Positions 13,939-29,646 of a stretch of DNA of 64,000 nucleotides are shown here, piece by piece (the stretch's first letter is position 1; each line of letters starts with the position of its first letter). The DNA comes from Eledone cirrhosa (taxonomy: Eukaryota): the NCBI GenBank assembly GCA_964016885.1, contig OZ024756.1:44516001-44580000 (forward strand). The letters run 5' to 3'. The position numbers and the translations under genes are program-made. The notes beneath the pieces are model-generated. The model searched no databases. It saw nothing but the letters and a program-made list of their open reading frames with translations, and was not told the origin of the DNA.

Positions 13939-15540
13939 GGCAGCAGCAGTAGTAGCAGTAGTAATAGCAGCAGTAGTAGTAGTAGTAACAACAACAACCA
14001 TAATTGTTGTTGCAGCTATTGTTATTCCGTTGACCCATATATAAAATACATCAACTTTTGTTTTGTTATGGTTGTAAGTTTTTATCTTCTTCTTTTGTTA
14101 GTTTTATTATTACCATCTTTAATACCCTTCTTCTTGTTGCTGTTGTTGTTGTTGTTGTGATGCTTGTACTGGCGGTGGGGGTTGTCAATGGTGGTTGTTG
14201 ATGTTGTAATTGTTGTTGTTGATGTGGCTTGTGTTGTTGTTGCTATTGTTGTTGAGAGTGTTATTAATACTATTAAGGGTTTGTGTTGTTGCCTCCGTGT
14301 ATGGGAGGGAAAGAGGGAGGAAGGAAGTTCAAATAATACAAGATTTTTTCTTCTGTTTGTTTTTCTGTTTTCATTCTGTTTATTTTTTATTCTGTTTTGT
14401 TTTCACATCTAGTGTGATAAAGAGAACAAAGACAACCATCTAATCAATTAATTATTTAATGTGAAATATAAATAAATATGACTTCTAAAAGGATGGGCTT
14501 TTACTTAAGGCACAATTGTGGAACCTGTGATTAAGCTTTGTTACTATTTACAATAAGATTTCTGACAGAAAGAAAACATGTATAGCTCACTATAATGTTT
14601 TAATGGTTGAAACGTATTTATAAATTTTCGTCGGAACATTTTAAGATAAAATACACCAAGACTTTATTTACTTGACAGCTGACATTGAGATCGAATACCG
14701 AGAGGAGGATCCAATAAAAGTATATGTAGGCTGCGGTTTGGGGAATTTTCGTCGCTCGTATACGGCCCTGGGTTTAATAAAGGCCACAATCTTACGTTAG
14801 TTAAATAGAAACACAGATAATTATTAACACATATTTGTTGCCACGGAAACATATATATTAACTGAAAAACCTTCCAAATATGAACTAAAACAACAAACAT
14901 TTTGAACGAAAAATCCAGATACATTTCTAAATGTCGTCAAAAATATAAAATATATCACGTTATTGTTATTTCATGTTGTAAATGATAAACAAAACACCGT
15001 TGGTTAGAACGGTTAGACGTTTCTAACCGACCAGCCACTGCTTTATTTCTGATGGCGAGAGTAACATAATACGATGGAATATTTTCAGAAGCAAACGATT
15101 TTCGCTGTTTACATCATATCGTGGAGGAACGAGCAAAGATATAATGAAACGCGTGCGTGTGTGTGTGAATATTAAGTGGTTAAACAACGCCGGTAGAATA
15201 TGAGAGTTAAATTGAATCAGAAAAGAGCCTGATAATAGCAGAGCATATATCCCACTAAGAAGGGGGAAATTGGTTTTAGCGTGTCTGGAAATCGAACCTA
15301 CACACGCTAAATCACATTTATTTCTCCGTTCGTGGAGCTTATACTGTCTTCTATTTTTTTATAGTAAAAAAAGTTCGTCGAAGTTACTGATATATATATA
15401 TCGTCTTCCTGTCTTCCTCCGGTTGCAACGTTTTTTGAAATATCCAGTTGTGTGTTTACAGATTGACTTTGTTAGTTTCAGAAGATCCCGTTAAGGGTGA
15501 AAGCAGCGATTCTTTGCTTAAACTTTAATCTGTTATTTTA

Positions 15541-16694
<1,154 letters not shown>

Positions 16695-16780
16695 GGAAAA
16701 TTTTAACAGGAACAAAACAGAGAGGCAGTACAACGAATGTTTATTAATTTCACGCTCTGGAGAGTGGGGTGGTGGTGGGG

Positions 16781-16818
16781 AACGACGTTTCGGGCATAAG
16801 CCCTTCCTCAGGTGAAAA
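16781..16818 (-). ncRNA. Minimal hammerhead-like motif (PLE type)
   Basis: The minus strand reads cac CTGAGGA a gggc-ttat-gccc GAAAC GTC. Helix I is only 2 bp; ACGT palindrome. Confidence 0.6.
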
Positions 16819-17260
16819 GTGTGTGGGAAGAGAGTTCAAAGGGTGTGTAGGGGAGTGGTGGAGAGACATATAGTGAAAAGGGGGTGGGAGGAAACGGTGC
16901 GAATGAAATTAAAAATAAAAATAAAAAATAAAAATAAAAATAAAAATAAAGCATGATCAAAATAAAATGAAATGAAATAAAAATAAAAGCATGATCAAAA
17001 TAAAATGAAATTAAAAAGGGGTAAAACAGATGTAGGATACCTCGGTTATTTTTCAATTTGTAAAAAAAACCTCACTTTCTAATATATATATATATATATA
17101 TATTATAATATATAAGATCAAAAGATGGTTAAATCAGTTCCATGTATTTTATTATGCGCATTTCAAAAACAAATATCATCATGCAATAATATGCAGTCTA
17201 ATGAGGCACACCACTCACTATTGGTATTTTAGTATAAAATAACACACCTTATATACTACT

Positions 17261-17326
<66 letters not shown>

Positions 17327-17399
17327 ACATATATTCAAATACAAATACAACCATATTCCTATAAATATATGCGCTTGTATAATTGTTGCATAAAGTTAG

Positions 17400-18150
17400 C
17401 TTCTGGTGAAAATAAGAATCTTATATTGCATCAGTGACTTTTATATAATGACACCTTAACGATTCTTTCATCCCCATCTTCATCTTGTTTAGAACAAATG
17501 ACAGTATCGCCATTTTGGGGGATTAATCGCCTTATCAATAATCTCTGGATTTGCAAAATGGTGGCTTAATTCAATATCGTTGTCAACTGAAATCTAGTCA
17601 TCGATAGATTTATCCTCTAAACGGCATAATCGATTTTCTACTAATGTTGCTTGTAATATCAGCATTATTTCTTTTACACTCTGCTTCAGATTAATACCAT
17701 AAAAATCACCTCCACCTTCATCATCCGGAATTAAACAGTCAAACTTGAAATTAAGCCAAATCTTTTGCTTTATGCGCAAAAGAATTATAGGTTTAACACA
17801 TGTCCATGCAATATTGATGCAAAAAAATGTATTGTTTTAATTGCATACTAGAGCAATATGCTCCCTTCCCGATAGCTCCTCACCACACATCTACACTCCT
17901 ACAAATCTACACTTGCAGATTATTAAGCTTACAATAAATTATAAGCATGACATACATTATCTCCCTTCTCTCAACTTAAAAAAGGGATTTCCTACCATTT
18001 TCATTCCTTCTACATTCCTATTTACATATAGGTGTGACGGACAGATAAACTTGTGTTGTTCAACAAATGGTTTTACATGGTTGATCTGACATATAGCCAC
18101 AACCATTCCATTGTTGTCTTCTCCTGTTTTTAAGGTTATGTAGTTATACA
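17400..18150 (-). pseudogene. Decayed Tigger/pogo (Jerky-like) transposase C-terminal region
   Basis: The minus frame NIAWTCVKPIILLRIKQKIW...IDD*ISVDNDIELSHHFANPEIIDKAINP resembles AW..V....L...W.KLW...EW...D........TD.EII. Stops and frameshifts are present. Confidence 0.55.
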
Positions 18151-18710
18151 TTATATTATTCATTCTTTAAATATCATACCCTCCGTACGGTTTGATTTAA
18201 ATGAGATTTAAGTTTGGTTTCGGGAAGCGTGAGTAACTACAACAAAGCATAGCTGGTTGTTGAGACGTGTGAAGAATGAATGAAGATATTTAGTATAAAT
18301 ATGAATCATGACGCCAACAAAACTCCATTCCAGCAAGTGGTGTCTAGCTAAATGTTACATCAACCGTTGCTCCCTTACACCGCCAATACATTACACCGCC
18401 ATTACATTACAGTCAATATGTATTTACGGCCATTAATAACGATACGCTGTGAAGATCAGCTTCCGCTCGAGGTTTAGAGAATAGGATGCAAACATCCTTT
18501 AAAATTTTAAGAAAAAATGCAGCTATTACCTATATGTGCATGCATGTGTGTGTGTGTGTGCACGTGCACGCACGCACACACACACACACATACGGTGTGT
18601 GAAGTTTATTCTTTCGAAGGAACCATGACCTCATTTTTATACATTCGAAATATCACTTCTATTAACATACCTACCTATTTAATCTTAGACGCCGTTTTTT
18701 AAAGTGTGTG

Positions 18711-18766
<56 letters not shown>

Positions 18767-18831
18767 TGCCTCATAGTGGAAGCATACATATTCATTAACA
18801 TATCTTGCATATGCAAATACATATATACATA

Positions 18832-18884
<53 letters not shown>

Positions 18885-19287
18885 CGTGTGAGTCTATAAA
18901 CAGTATCATAATACCAACCCATAGTGATAGGAAATATGTAGAGAGAAAAGAAGTCCCCTGTCGAGATAAAAACTCAGATATCTTTAACGAAGAAGAAAAG
19001 AAAATAGAATAGCAATGAGATTTTCTTGTTATAGAAAACGGGTCCTCCACGGGGTATATCCTATATATTATAATATAGAGAGGGTTATAATGAGGCAACA
19101 AATTATTAGCTTACTCATGAATGTTTGTAAACTTTCTCCATGCACCCTTATATATATATATGAATGTATATATAGTATATTTGGCAATATAATGTATGCT
19201 TAATTAAAAACATTTTGAAGACCTTGCGCTATTATTTTAAAGTAGTGACTATGTCACTTACTTCTTTTTTCAACAAGCAAAGGGAGA

Positions 19288-19333
19288 TAAGATGACAGAT
19301 CTGTTTCATACTGTTGGTAATCATCAGAGCTTA
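19288..19333 (-). ncRNA. Type I hammerhead ribozyme, minimal, palindromic helix III
   Basis: The minus strand reads taagct CTGATGA t-tac-caaca-gta-t GAAAC AGATCT GTC atctta. Helix I pairs at 5 of 6 positions; palindrome ACAGATCTGT. Confidence 0.8.
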
Positions 19334-19537
19334 GCACTCGCCTTTGCCTGTTGAAAATTATAGATGTTGGATTCTTATAGAATTCCAGTAATAATCAGGA
19401 ACTGATTATACAGAGCGATTGCCGGTCCAGCAAAAATTGAAAATTAGAATTGGTGCTCCGAAATAGCGATGTATACATGAATGTATATATACTATATTTG
19501 GCAATATACTGTATACATCGGTATTTCAGAGCACCAA

Positions 19538-19650
<113 letters not shown>

Positions 19651-19654
19651 TTGT

Positions 19655-19855
19655 GTGAGGTCCATATTCTCAGGTAAGCAGTTGCGAAGTTGCCAGTTTG
19701 CGCTCCACGTGTGAATCATGTTGATATCTGAATCTGAGTCTCGCAGTTTTGCTACATGACGAGAGATTGGACAGCGTGACATCAAGCGGTGTTGCTGCAG
19801 TAGTTGAGAATCTTCAGCTATATTTGAGCGGATTGTGTCAATTGAGGCTAAAGAA
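19655..19855 (-). pseudogene. Decayed CR1-like reverse transcriptase fragment
   Basis: IAEDSQL...SDINMIHTWSANWQL resembles FADDxKL...LQxDLxxIxxWSxxWQL. Confidence 0.6.
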
Positions 19856-20323
19856 TCAAAGTTAATGTTTAACCCCGGCAATATTTGAACTCAGAAAGCA
19901 GAGAACCAGAAGGATATAACACAACGGCGTAATTATTCCACCAATTCGCAACATTAGAAATTATAAAAAACATTCTTAGAAAAATTGTAAAAGCTAAAAT
20001 GAAAATCACACTTCGATATATACCATTGACAATAATGTATTTCAAGTTGCAATTTAATCAAATAATATTGCAGTAATCGATTTATCGATTTAAATTCATT
20101 TAAATACCATTTTGTCGTTAGAGATGTCGAGTGTAATTAAATTCTATGTTAATTGCTTTTATGATAGCAGAAGTGTTTCAATTGATCTGTTTCGAGTGTC
20201 TAAAGCGGATGGGTAGAGAATTGCCCTCCTCTCACACGGTTGTGTGTGCTGAATAGTTGACACCTTCATTTAAATCTAATATTTGTGTGTGTATATATAC
20301 ATAACGTGTCTGTACGACTATAC

Positions 20324-20436
<113 letters not shown>

Positions 20437-20873
20437 GAATATATATATATATATAGAGAGAGAGATACATATAAATACTCATACATAAACGCACACATAA
20501 ACATATATACTTAAAGATGTACGCAAATAAAGAATGCCAAAATGTTCCTAATGAAAAACAGTAATGAAATTAAAACTAATTTCAGTGTAATATGTTTGCC
20601 GTGAGGTAACTTATATCAAACCCTTTCTCTATATGTGTGTGTACATGCACACGTACGCGCGTACACACACTTATATATATATATATATATATATATATTC
20701 CGTTCTACTTAACGGCATTGAGTATTTTCCAATGCTTTTCATTTCTCTCATGAACACATAATTGTATAATTGTACTACCTATTGCTGTTGTGGTTGTTGT
20801 TAATACTGTGATACAGGCATGGTGGTAACATGTATATATAGCCTCTGGCAATGATTAGAGAGTGGGTCATATT

Positions 20874-21120
<247 letters not shown>

Positions 21121-21567
21121 CTCTGTTGAAGTCACAGTTAATGAACTTAGGGACATTAACTTCAGGTGCGCAAGTTTGTCAATGATATGTTACCATGAAG
21201 CAGAAGGATATCTTTTAAGTAGGTAGACAATAAAATATTCGAGATGTGAGCCACAGAATATATTTCATGTCACAGAGTTATATTGATTTAATGTAGACAA
21301 ATGGCCAACAAATTTTGGAAGCGAAGGGGAAAAATTAATTAAATCAGCCCCAGTACTTTATTTGATCAAAACCTCCGAAAGTATGAAAATCAAAGTTGGC
21401 CATCGCGAGATTCGAACATAGAATGTAAAGAGCCAGAACAATTAGTGCCATATTATCCGACTCTCTACAAATTCTGCTACTCCACATATCCCTTGAAAAC
21501 AGAGTTACCTTGAAAACCTCGTCATGTATTGCGACTCGCAGATGTATTATATTATATTATATTATAT

Positions 21568-21653
<86 letters not shown>

Positions 21654-22018
21654 TGCGTGTGTGTGTGTGTGTGCGTGTGTGTGCGTGTGTGTCTGTGTCT
21701 GTGTGTGTGCGTGTGTCTGTGTGTGTGTCTGCGTGCGTATGTATGTATATTTAAATACATACATATATATATCTATGTACACATGTATGTATGTATTATA
21801 TGTGTGCATATTCCTGTAATGTTTATATCAATAAGAAGCCATGCATGATATCGTAAGTCGATTCTAAATATATCCGCCATTTTCTGAGATGTTTAAATGA
21901 TGTAAAAGATATAAAATTTACGGTTCAAGAAATATAGATGGGATTAAATTTTCCGATATATCCTGTCATATATTCTACAGCGTCTCTTTCTCGTTTGCCG
22001 TTTCTTTCCCTCGTATTT

Positions 22019-22078
<60 letters not shown>

Positions 22079-22487
22079 AATATATATATTAGATTATATC
22101 TGTGTCTGTATATATATATATTGGATTATATATGTATATATATATATATATATATATACACGTATATATATATATGTATTGGATTATATATGTGTGTATA
22201 TATATATATATTAGATTATATGCGTGTATGTATATATATATATATATATACAGAAGGTGATAGGGAAGGAGAGAGAATCTCAGTGGTGGTTTCTATGAAA
22301 AACGGGAAACATACTGAGCGGTGAACGACGATAATTCATGTACTGAGTATTTTTTTTCCTTTTCTGAATATGCTAACCCCCACCCCTTACACATACACAC
22401 ACACACACACATATATATGCCTTTATGTATATATCTATATGCAGGTTTAGGTATAGATAGAGATAAATATTTAGGGATATATGTATA

Positions 22488-22522
<35 letters not shown>

Positions 22523-22560
22523 CTGTGTATGTGTGTACGTATATATACATACATACTCAT

Positions 22561-22642
<82 letters not shown>

Positions 22643-22708
22643 ATGAGTATGTATGTATATATACGTACACACATACACAGGCACACACACACACACACAC
22701 ACACACAT

Positions 22709-23190
22709 CGTTTAAATCTCGATTGTATAGGCATTCTTACTCAATAAAACACCAGAGCCAAAGAAATGTAACAACTTTAGCAGAAAAAGCTTGGACGCTC
22801 AGGGATAGCAATCAAAAGTTTACCCTAAAATGGGAAAAATTAGCTAAAACCCAGAGCTTTTCCAGGAGCCAAAATTTCTGCAAATTGTGTAATCTTGAGA
22901 TTTATTACATAATCACACACAAGAAGAAACTGCTGAATAACAGAATTGAACGAACATTATTCTGCCGTCACAGAACTAAAACCCTTTTTTCCCACTACAA
23001 GCAGAATATTACATAAAAGAGGGACATCCCCCAACTATATAAACCTTAATCTAGTTAGAAAAATATAAAAACAATCTCTTCTCAACATATATTAATAACC
23101 TTAAATTACCATACTAATAATGAAAAGATATGCTGATGAGAATAGGTACAAATATGCGATAATGAATGTGTCTAAAAACGTCCATAAGTA
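22709..23190 (+). mobile_element. 5'-truncated Penelope-like element (GIY-YIG C-terminus plus 3' region with a decayed hammerhead)
   Basis: SFKSRLYRH...TTLAEKAWTLRD...KWEKL...CKLCNLE...LLNNRIERTLFCRHR (stop at 23016) aligns by eye with the 49700 ORF C-terminus. tatg CTGATGA...AAAACGTC cata lies at 23129-23186. Confidence 0.85.
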
Positions 23191-23285
23191 TGTATATATA
23201 TGTGAAAATGTATATAAATAAGTAAATATATATATATGTTTGATGTGTATAGTTAGATGTAAGTGTATTCATGTATTAAAGTGCT

Positions 23286-23320
<35 letters not shown>

Positions 23321-23343
23321 ATATGTGTGTATATATGTATGTG

Positions 23344-23374
<31 letters not shown>

Positions 23375-23966
23375 GTATATGTATATATGTATATATATAT
23401 ATGTGTATGTATGTATGTGTATATGGATGTGTATGTATGTGTATGTGTGTACACATGGACTAGAGTATGTATGTATATATGTGTGTGTCTATACGTGTGT
23501 ATATATAAAGATAAGTTGAGTATGAAAATGTATACACATGAGCGCGTATGTATGTACATGAATACATGTGTGTATATATATGTGTATGCATGTGTATATA
23601 TATGTAAGTATGAATATGTGAATTGTGAGTATATGTATTTTGTAGAGGTGTGCAAATATATTTGTGTGTGAATGCGTGGGTGAAAGAATACGTACACTTG
23701 AAAGAAAAATTTAAGTCTGAATGTTAAGTGCAAACACAAAACCAACCACGCATATCTTTACTATCTCTAATCCTTCTATAGATTTAGAAAAATAACCAAT
23801 AATATATTCTATAAAAAATGTCAAAACAACAGATGGGAATCTAATTAATCACTGCCACCAAGAATTCTCACTGCTATCGAAAAACCACTCCTTCAACTAT
23901 TCTTCTAACAACTTCACCCCTTCCTCCTAATATTCTCTATAAAAACTAAATAGGTCCTCAGTAATA

Positions 23967-24083
23967 TTATTCTGATGAAATGACAGTAAACAATAACATT
24001 GAAATATTGAATGTCTGCATAACTAAAAGTTTGTAGATAGCTGTTTTAGGTTATGTAACTGTTATAGAAACACGTGTCAATAA
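23967..24083 (+). ncRNA. Type I hammerhead ribozyme with a long helix II insertion
   Basis: Helix I ttatt/aataa; CTGATGA (23972-78); helix II atgacagt/actgttat enclosing a gcataac-taaaa/tttta-g-gttatgt hairpin; GAAAC ACGT GTC (palindrome ACACGTGT); (TA)n ~35 nt downstream. Confidence 0.78.
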
Positions 24084-24117
24084 ATTCCTTTCAACTAAAC
24101 TGTATCCATTCAAATCT

Positions 24118-24182
<65 letters not shown>

Positions 24183-24397
24183 TACATATATACATGTATG
24201 TGTGCTAAGACATTATGTCAGAAAACTGTACATTTAATTCATCTTAAACGAGTTTAACTGACACAACCGCTCACTGAACATATAGCCATTTTCAATGTTT
24301 CGTGATTGCGACAAAAATCTCCAGAGAAAAGAAAAAAACACAAAAAGTTCGATACACACTATTATATATATATAGATATAACTGTAGTTACACACCT

Positions 24398-24538
<141 letters not shown>

Positions 24539-24569
24539 ATCTGTTATAACCTGAATCTATTAAATATCA

Positions 24570-24860
24570 GACATGCTCAACAATTACTGATCTTCTAGAA
24601 TGTTCGAGTTAACCCCAAAATGGAATACTGCTCCTACATCTGGGATGGTGCTGCTATTTCCTCACATCCAAAGAAAAGCCACTCGATTATTTGGCATAAA
24701 GATACCCAAGAGCTTTCCAGCCCACAACATCACTGTCTCTTCTTTCTGTCTATTGCAATGGTCATTCCTTCTCAAAGTTGGCTGGCCTCATGCCACATCC
24801 ACCGAGGCTAAACCAACACAAAAATCTTTCCGCCACATCTCTAATAATTTGTGTCTAACA
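24570..24860 (+). pseudogene. Decayed LINE (CR1/Jockey group) RT C-terminal fragment
   Basis: Frameshifted PKMEYCSYIWDG and IQRKATRL motifs. Confidence 0.65.
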
Positions 24861-25521
24861 TAAATTCCGCACCAAACCCTACTCTCTCTGTTTGCCTGAA
24901 CCGTCATCCTTCTAAATACTTTCCTTCCTCATATCCATTATCTATCCAAAAATTATATATACATACACTTGTGTGTGGGTATATATGCATACATACCCAC
25001 ACAAGCATACATAAAGACAGGGAGCGAAAAAATAGTGAAGTATGGATTGATTTTCTTTTTATTTTATCTGTATATTTCTTTCCCTCTAAAGAACACTACA
25101 TGTCGAAAGAAATTCTGATGATAATAACAGTTATTTTTCTCGTCAGACAGAATATTATTCTGATTTTATTTTTCTTCGTATTATTATTACCATTTTATTT
25201 CTTGCTTCTTTCATTTTGTCCCTTTACTTTCTTATATTATTATTTATTGGCAGTAATCGGTAGAGCGTCGGACAACATGCTCTGTGGCATATAGTTACGA
25301 CCCTTTACGTTCTGAGTATAAATCCTGTCGACATTAGCTTTGCTTTCATTCTTACGGAGTCAATGAAATACGGTACCAGTCAATCCCCTCCCCTAAAATT
25401 GTTGGCTGTGTGTCTAAATCAGAAACTATTATTATTATTTTATTTGTTTTAAAAAAATGTTATCTTTTATTTATTTTATTTTATTTATTTTGCTTTGTTA
25501 CGGCGCTGGTTTCGTAATTAG

Positions 25522-25542
25522 GAAGAAAAGAGCGATGACAAG
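25522..25542 (+). CDS. Candidate 21 nt microexon (EEKSDDK)
   Basis: A long AG-free T-rich tract ends in ttAG, followed by a purine-rich 21 nt stretch and the donor AAG|GTACGT. Confidence 0.35.
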
Positions 25543-26051
25543 GTACGTGCTGTTACGGTGATTGAACTAATTGACCAAACAGCCGGCGGCAGAATTCTTC
25601 TTTTTAACATGAAACAGAACAAAGAATACTAGATAAAAATAATAATGATAAAATTACATAACTGTAAACTTAAGTGAACGCAGCATTACAGAATCGATTT
25701 CTTTAAGATACATTCATATAATATGGCTTATATTATATATTATATAATATTTCTGTATTGCAGCGTAGGAGTTGTATTTGGTATGTTTTTTATATTTTAC
25801 TGAACGAAATAGGACAGTATAATTGTAATATATATATATATATATATGTTTTTGTTTTTTTTTCGAAATTAAAACTTTACTCATTGGTGTGCATAGCCCG
25901 TTGTTAAGATGTTCTGTGAAAACATTCTCCCTTTCATTTGTAGTGAGAAAACTTATACACACACACACACACACATATATATATACATATGTATACATAC
26001 ACACACACACACACACATATATATACATATGTACCCACACACAACAAACAC

Positions 26052-26098
<47 letters not shown>

Positions 26099-26743
26099 CA
26101 TACAGCATTGCGGAAATTTGTGGAATGAATACTTAATGGCTGGCTTTCGTAATTTTCGTTGGTCTACAATGTCTGGAAAGAGTTTATTTTCCTATGTTTT
26201 ACTTTTGTAGTCGTATAATCAGTAATACAATGTAATACATTGTAATATATTATTTACTTTAATTGTATTGTTTCGCGTTCAAATCCTAGTTTTGTGTCAG
26301 GAAATCATATTCCAAGCAATTACTGGTGTCTCTGCCAAGGAATATGAGGACACGGTAAGGATATATAAGAGCCAACGGAACATATGTACAGTTACAAAAG
26401 CAGGGACAGAAAGATAGACGACCAGATAATTAGACAGATAGACAGACAGATAACTAGATAGACAGAAAGATAGACGGTCAGATAACTAGACAGACAGGCA
26501 AAAAGACAAACAGAAAGACAGAAAGATAGACAGAAAAACAGAGAGAAAAATGACGAGGGAGATGAGAGAGTGTAAAGTTCAAGAGTGTACATAATATTTC
26601 TACATATAGAATAAAACGTTAATATTTCCTCGGGGCTTGCCTGTTATGGCCGTCTTTTCCGAATATAATGAATTTCCACATATATATATACATAAATTAT
26701 ATGATGATATATACGTGTGTGTATGTGTACATGTATGTGTGTT

Positions 26744-26786
<43 letters not shown>

Positions 26787-26792
<6 letters not shown>

Positions 26793-27140
26793 GTGAGGTG
26801 TTTTTTACAAAATGAAAAATAACCGAGGTGTCCAACACGAGTGAAAGTATAAAGAAAAAGAGATGAAATCGAAAATGCAACTGAAGTCTTATTTTTTTTT
26901 TAAATATATATATTTATTTGGTTCCTTTACCGGTTTCGCAGTTCTTCTGCTTTTCAAAAGGTGAGTTGAGATGGAGGGTCTGTGGTTTTTCTCACATCTG
27001 TGAGAAAAACCACAAACCCTCCATCTCAACTCACCTTTTGAAAAGCAGAAGAACTGCGAAACCGGTAAAGGAACCAAATAAATATATATATTTTTTTTTT
27101 AAATAAGACTTCAGTTGCATTTTCGATTTCATCTCTTTTT

Positions 27141-27147
<7 letters not shown>
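26787..27147. mobile_element. Palindromic element, copy 1 (~150 bp arms, 26848-27147), in (TA)n
   Basis: Near-perfect inverted repeat centred on ctcaca-tc-tgtgag. The arms carry GAAACCGGTA (the 3' half of a hammerhead), and there is a ~60 nt one-sided tail. Confidence 0.85.
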
Positions 27148-27178
<31 letters not shown>

Positions 27179-27559
27179 TTCGTTCTTCAGGAGCATACAG
27201 CTATAGTAGCAGAGCATTTATAATTCAAATTTATATGAGATGTATAGATAAATAATAATTGTTTCTACTTTTGGCCCAAGGCCAGCAATAACCCAGTGCA
27301 TTACTGGTACTTTATTGTATAGATAAATAATAATAATTCTTGTGTATATTCAATATACAGTATATATATACATTTGGTATATAAGGATGCAATTCACTTC
27401 TAGCACTCGACGTCATATTACTTATTGAAAACAAGGATGACGAAGTATGTTTATAAAGAGGAGAATGCGAAGTTTAAAATGTTAGAGTCCTTTATTATTT
27501 GAACCGTTAAACATATTTCTATTAATAAAGGACTCTAACATCTTCAACTTCGCATTTTC

Positions 27560-27731
<172 letters not shown>

Positions 27732-27735
27732 GTGT

Positions 27736-28694
27736 AAATTTTAGTACAGCATTAACGGCCAAGCTAACGAATGCAGAATCGGTCTGTAGCTTTAGCACTC
27801 GGATGGGGAAAAGAACCCCAGAGTAATAACAATACGTTCAGACAGCTTAGCAAATCAGATATAGCGGTCGACAGTGCAGCCGCATCACTAGAGCAACAGA
27901 AATACAGGACCCAGGAAAAGATCTTAGACTGACCTGGACAAAGCGGTGAGGCTGAATGCAAAATATATAATGTACATCGTATATCACACAATATACATCA
28001 CATACAGCACCCAACATCAGCGCTAAGTTCCTGCAAATCCAAGATCGACAAATTCCGCTTGCAGGAGTCTGCAATATAATGGTTTTTAACGACAGAACAT
28101 AGGATTTCCTTCTTCAGCAAGTCTTTCGTTCTTAACCTGAGCGGACATGTTGTAGCTTTAAATTTCGCCACAGACACGTGATTTTCTCCAAGGGAGGTAA
28201 CCCCCGCTTAGGCGGTGAATTCCAATTTGAGAGAAAGGAATGAATCCCTTTAGACAAACCGAATTAAGCACTCAACCAGAAGTTATCAAACAAACATAAA
28301 CAATTAATCAATCAATAGAATCATCTAATTAGATTAATCAGTTAATCATTAATTCTAGGAGTAAATACAAATTTTAGTACAGCATTAACGAAGCTTTAGA
28401 ACACAGCCAAGCTAACGAATGCAGAATCGGTCTGTAGCTTTAGCACTCGGATAGGGAAAAGAACCCAGAGTAATAACAATACGTTCAGACAGCTAAGCAA
28501 ATCAGATATAGCGGTCGGCAGTCCAGCCGCATCACTAGAGCAACGAAAATACAGGACCCAGGAAAAGATTTTAGACTGACCTGGACAAAGCGGTGAGGCT
28601 GAATGCAAAATATATAATGTACATCGTATATCACACAATATACATCACATACAGCACCCAACATCAGCGCTAAGTTTATGCAAATCCCAGATCG
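27736..28694. repeat. ~315 bp direct repeats (27736-28048 and 28369-28694) around a ~320 bp spacer
   Basis: aaattttagtacagcattaacg...gcaaatcc(a/c)agatcga is present twice with few substitutions and one short indel. Confidence 0.9.
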
Positions 28695-28974
28695 AATGTA
28701 TATATATATATGGAGTAAGTTATAGTTCACTTGAAGAATTGTGTAATGAGGTATAAACGTTTGTATATGTATAATAAAGCCAAAACAATGCAGGTATGGA
28801 GATAGAATAAAGAATGCAAATGCAAAAGATATTGTTGACAATTAGTCCTTGTTGACCTTAGATTTATTTAAATGTCCTTCATTTTCGAGATAATATCTCT
28901 TCTTCGGAGGGAAGTAAAACGGTTAAACCAGTGTTCTAAATAGCTTGCCAAGTCATGCTGACAGGAAATGGTAT

Positions 28975-29009
<35 letters not shown>

Positions 29010-29015
<6 letters not shown>

Positions 29016-29364
29016 GTGAGGGTTTTTTACAAAATGAAAAATAACCGACGTGTCCTACACGAATGAAAGTATAAAGAAAAAAAGATGAAATCGAAAATGC
29101 AATTGGAGTCTTATTTTTAAAAAAATATATATTTATTTGGTTCCTTTACCGGTTTCGCAGTTCTTCTGCTTTCCAAAAGTAGAGTTGAGGTGGAGGGTCT
29201 GTGGTTTTTCTCACATCTAAGAAAAACCACAAACCCTCCATCTCAACTCTACTTTTGAAAAGCAGAAGAACTGCGAAACCGGTAAAGGAACCAAATAAAT
29301 ATATATTTTTTAAAAAATAAGACTCCAATTGCATTTTCGATTTCATCTTTTTTTCTTTATACTT
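29010..29364. mobile_element. Palindromic element, copy 2
   Basis: Same tail, arms and centre as 26787-27147; preceded by (TA)n. Confidence 0.85.
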
Positions 29365-29595
29365 CATATATACGTACACGCAAGTGCGACTATGTATGTA
29401 TATACGTATTTATTCTTGTGTAAATATATGTATCAACACCCCTACGCTTGTGTTTACTGCTGTATACTTTATTATAACACAATTTATACGGAAATTATAT
29501 GTAGAATTTTTCCAACAGTTAAAATTTTATGACACTAAAGCGACTTTTTATATATTGTGTCAAGGGAGTATTCTCTGTGATGCATGAATTTACTG

Positions 29596-29646
<51 letters not shown>

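Noticed and set aside
28869-28911. Minus-strand CCGAAGA-gagat/atctc-GAAA motif
   Set aside because: The core is substituted and there is no helix I; a fossil at best.
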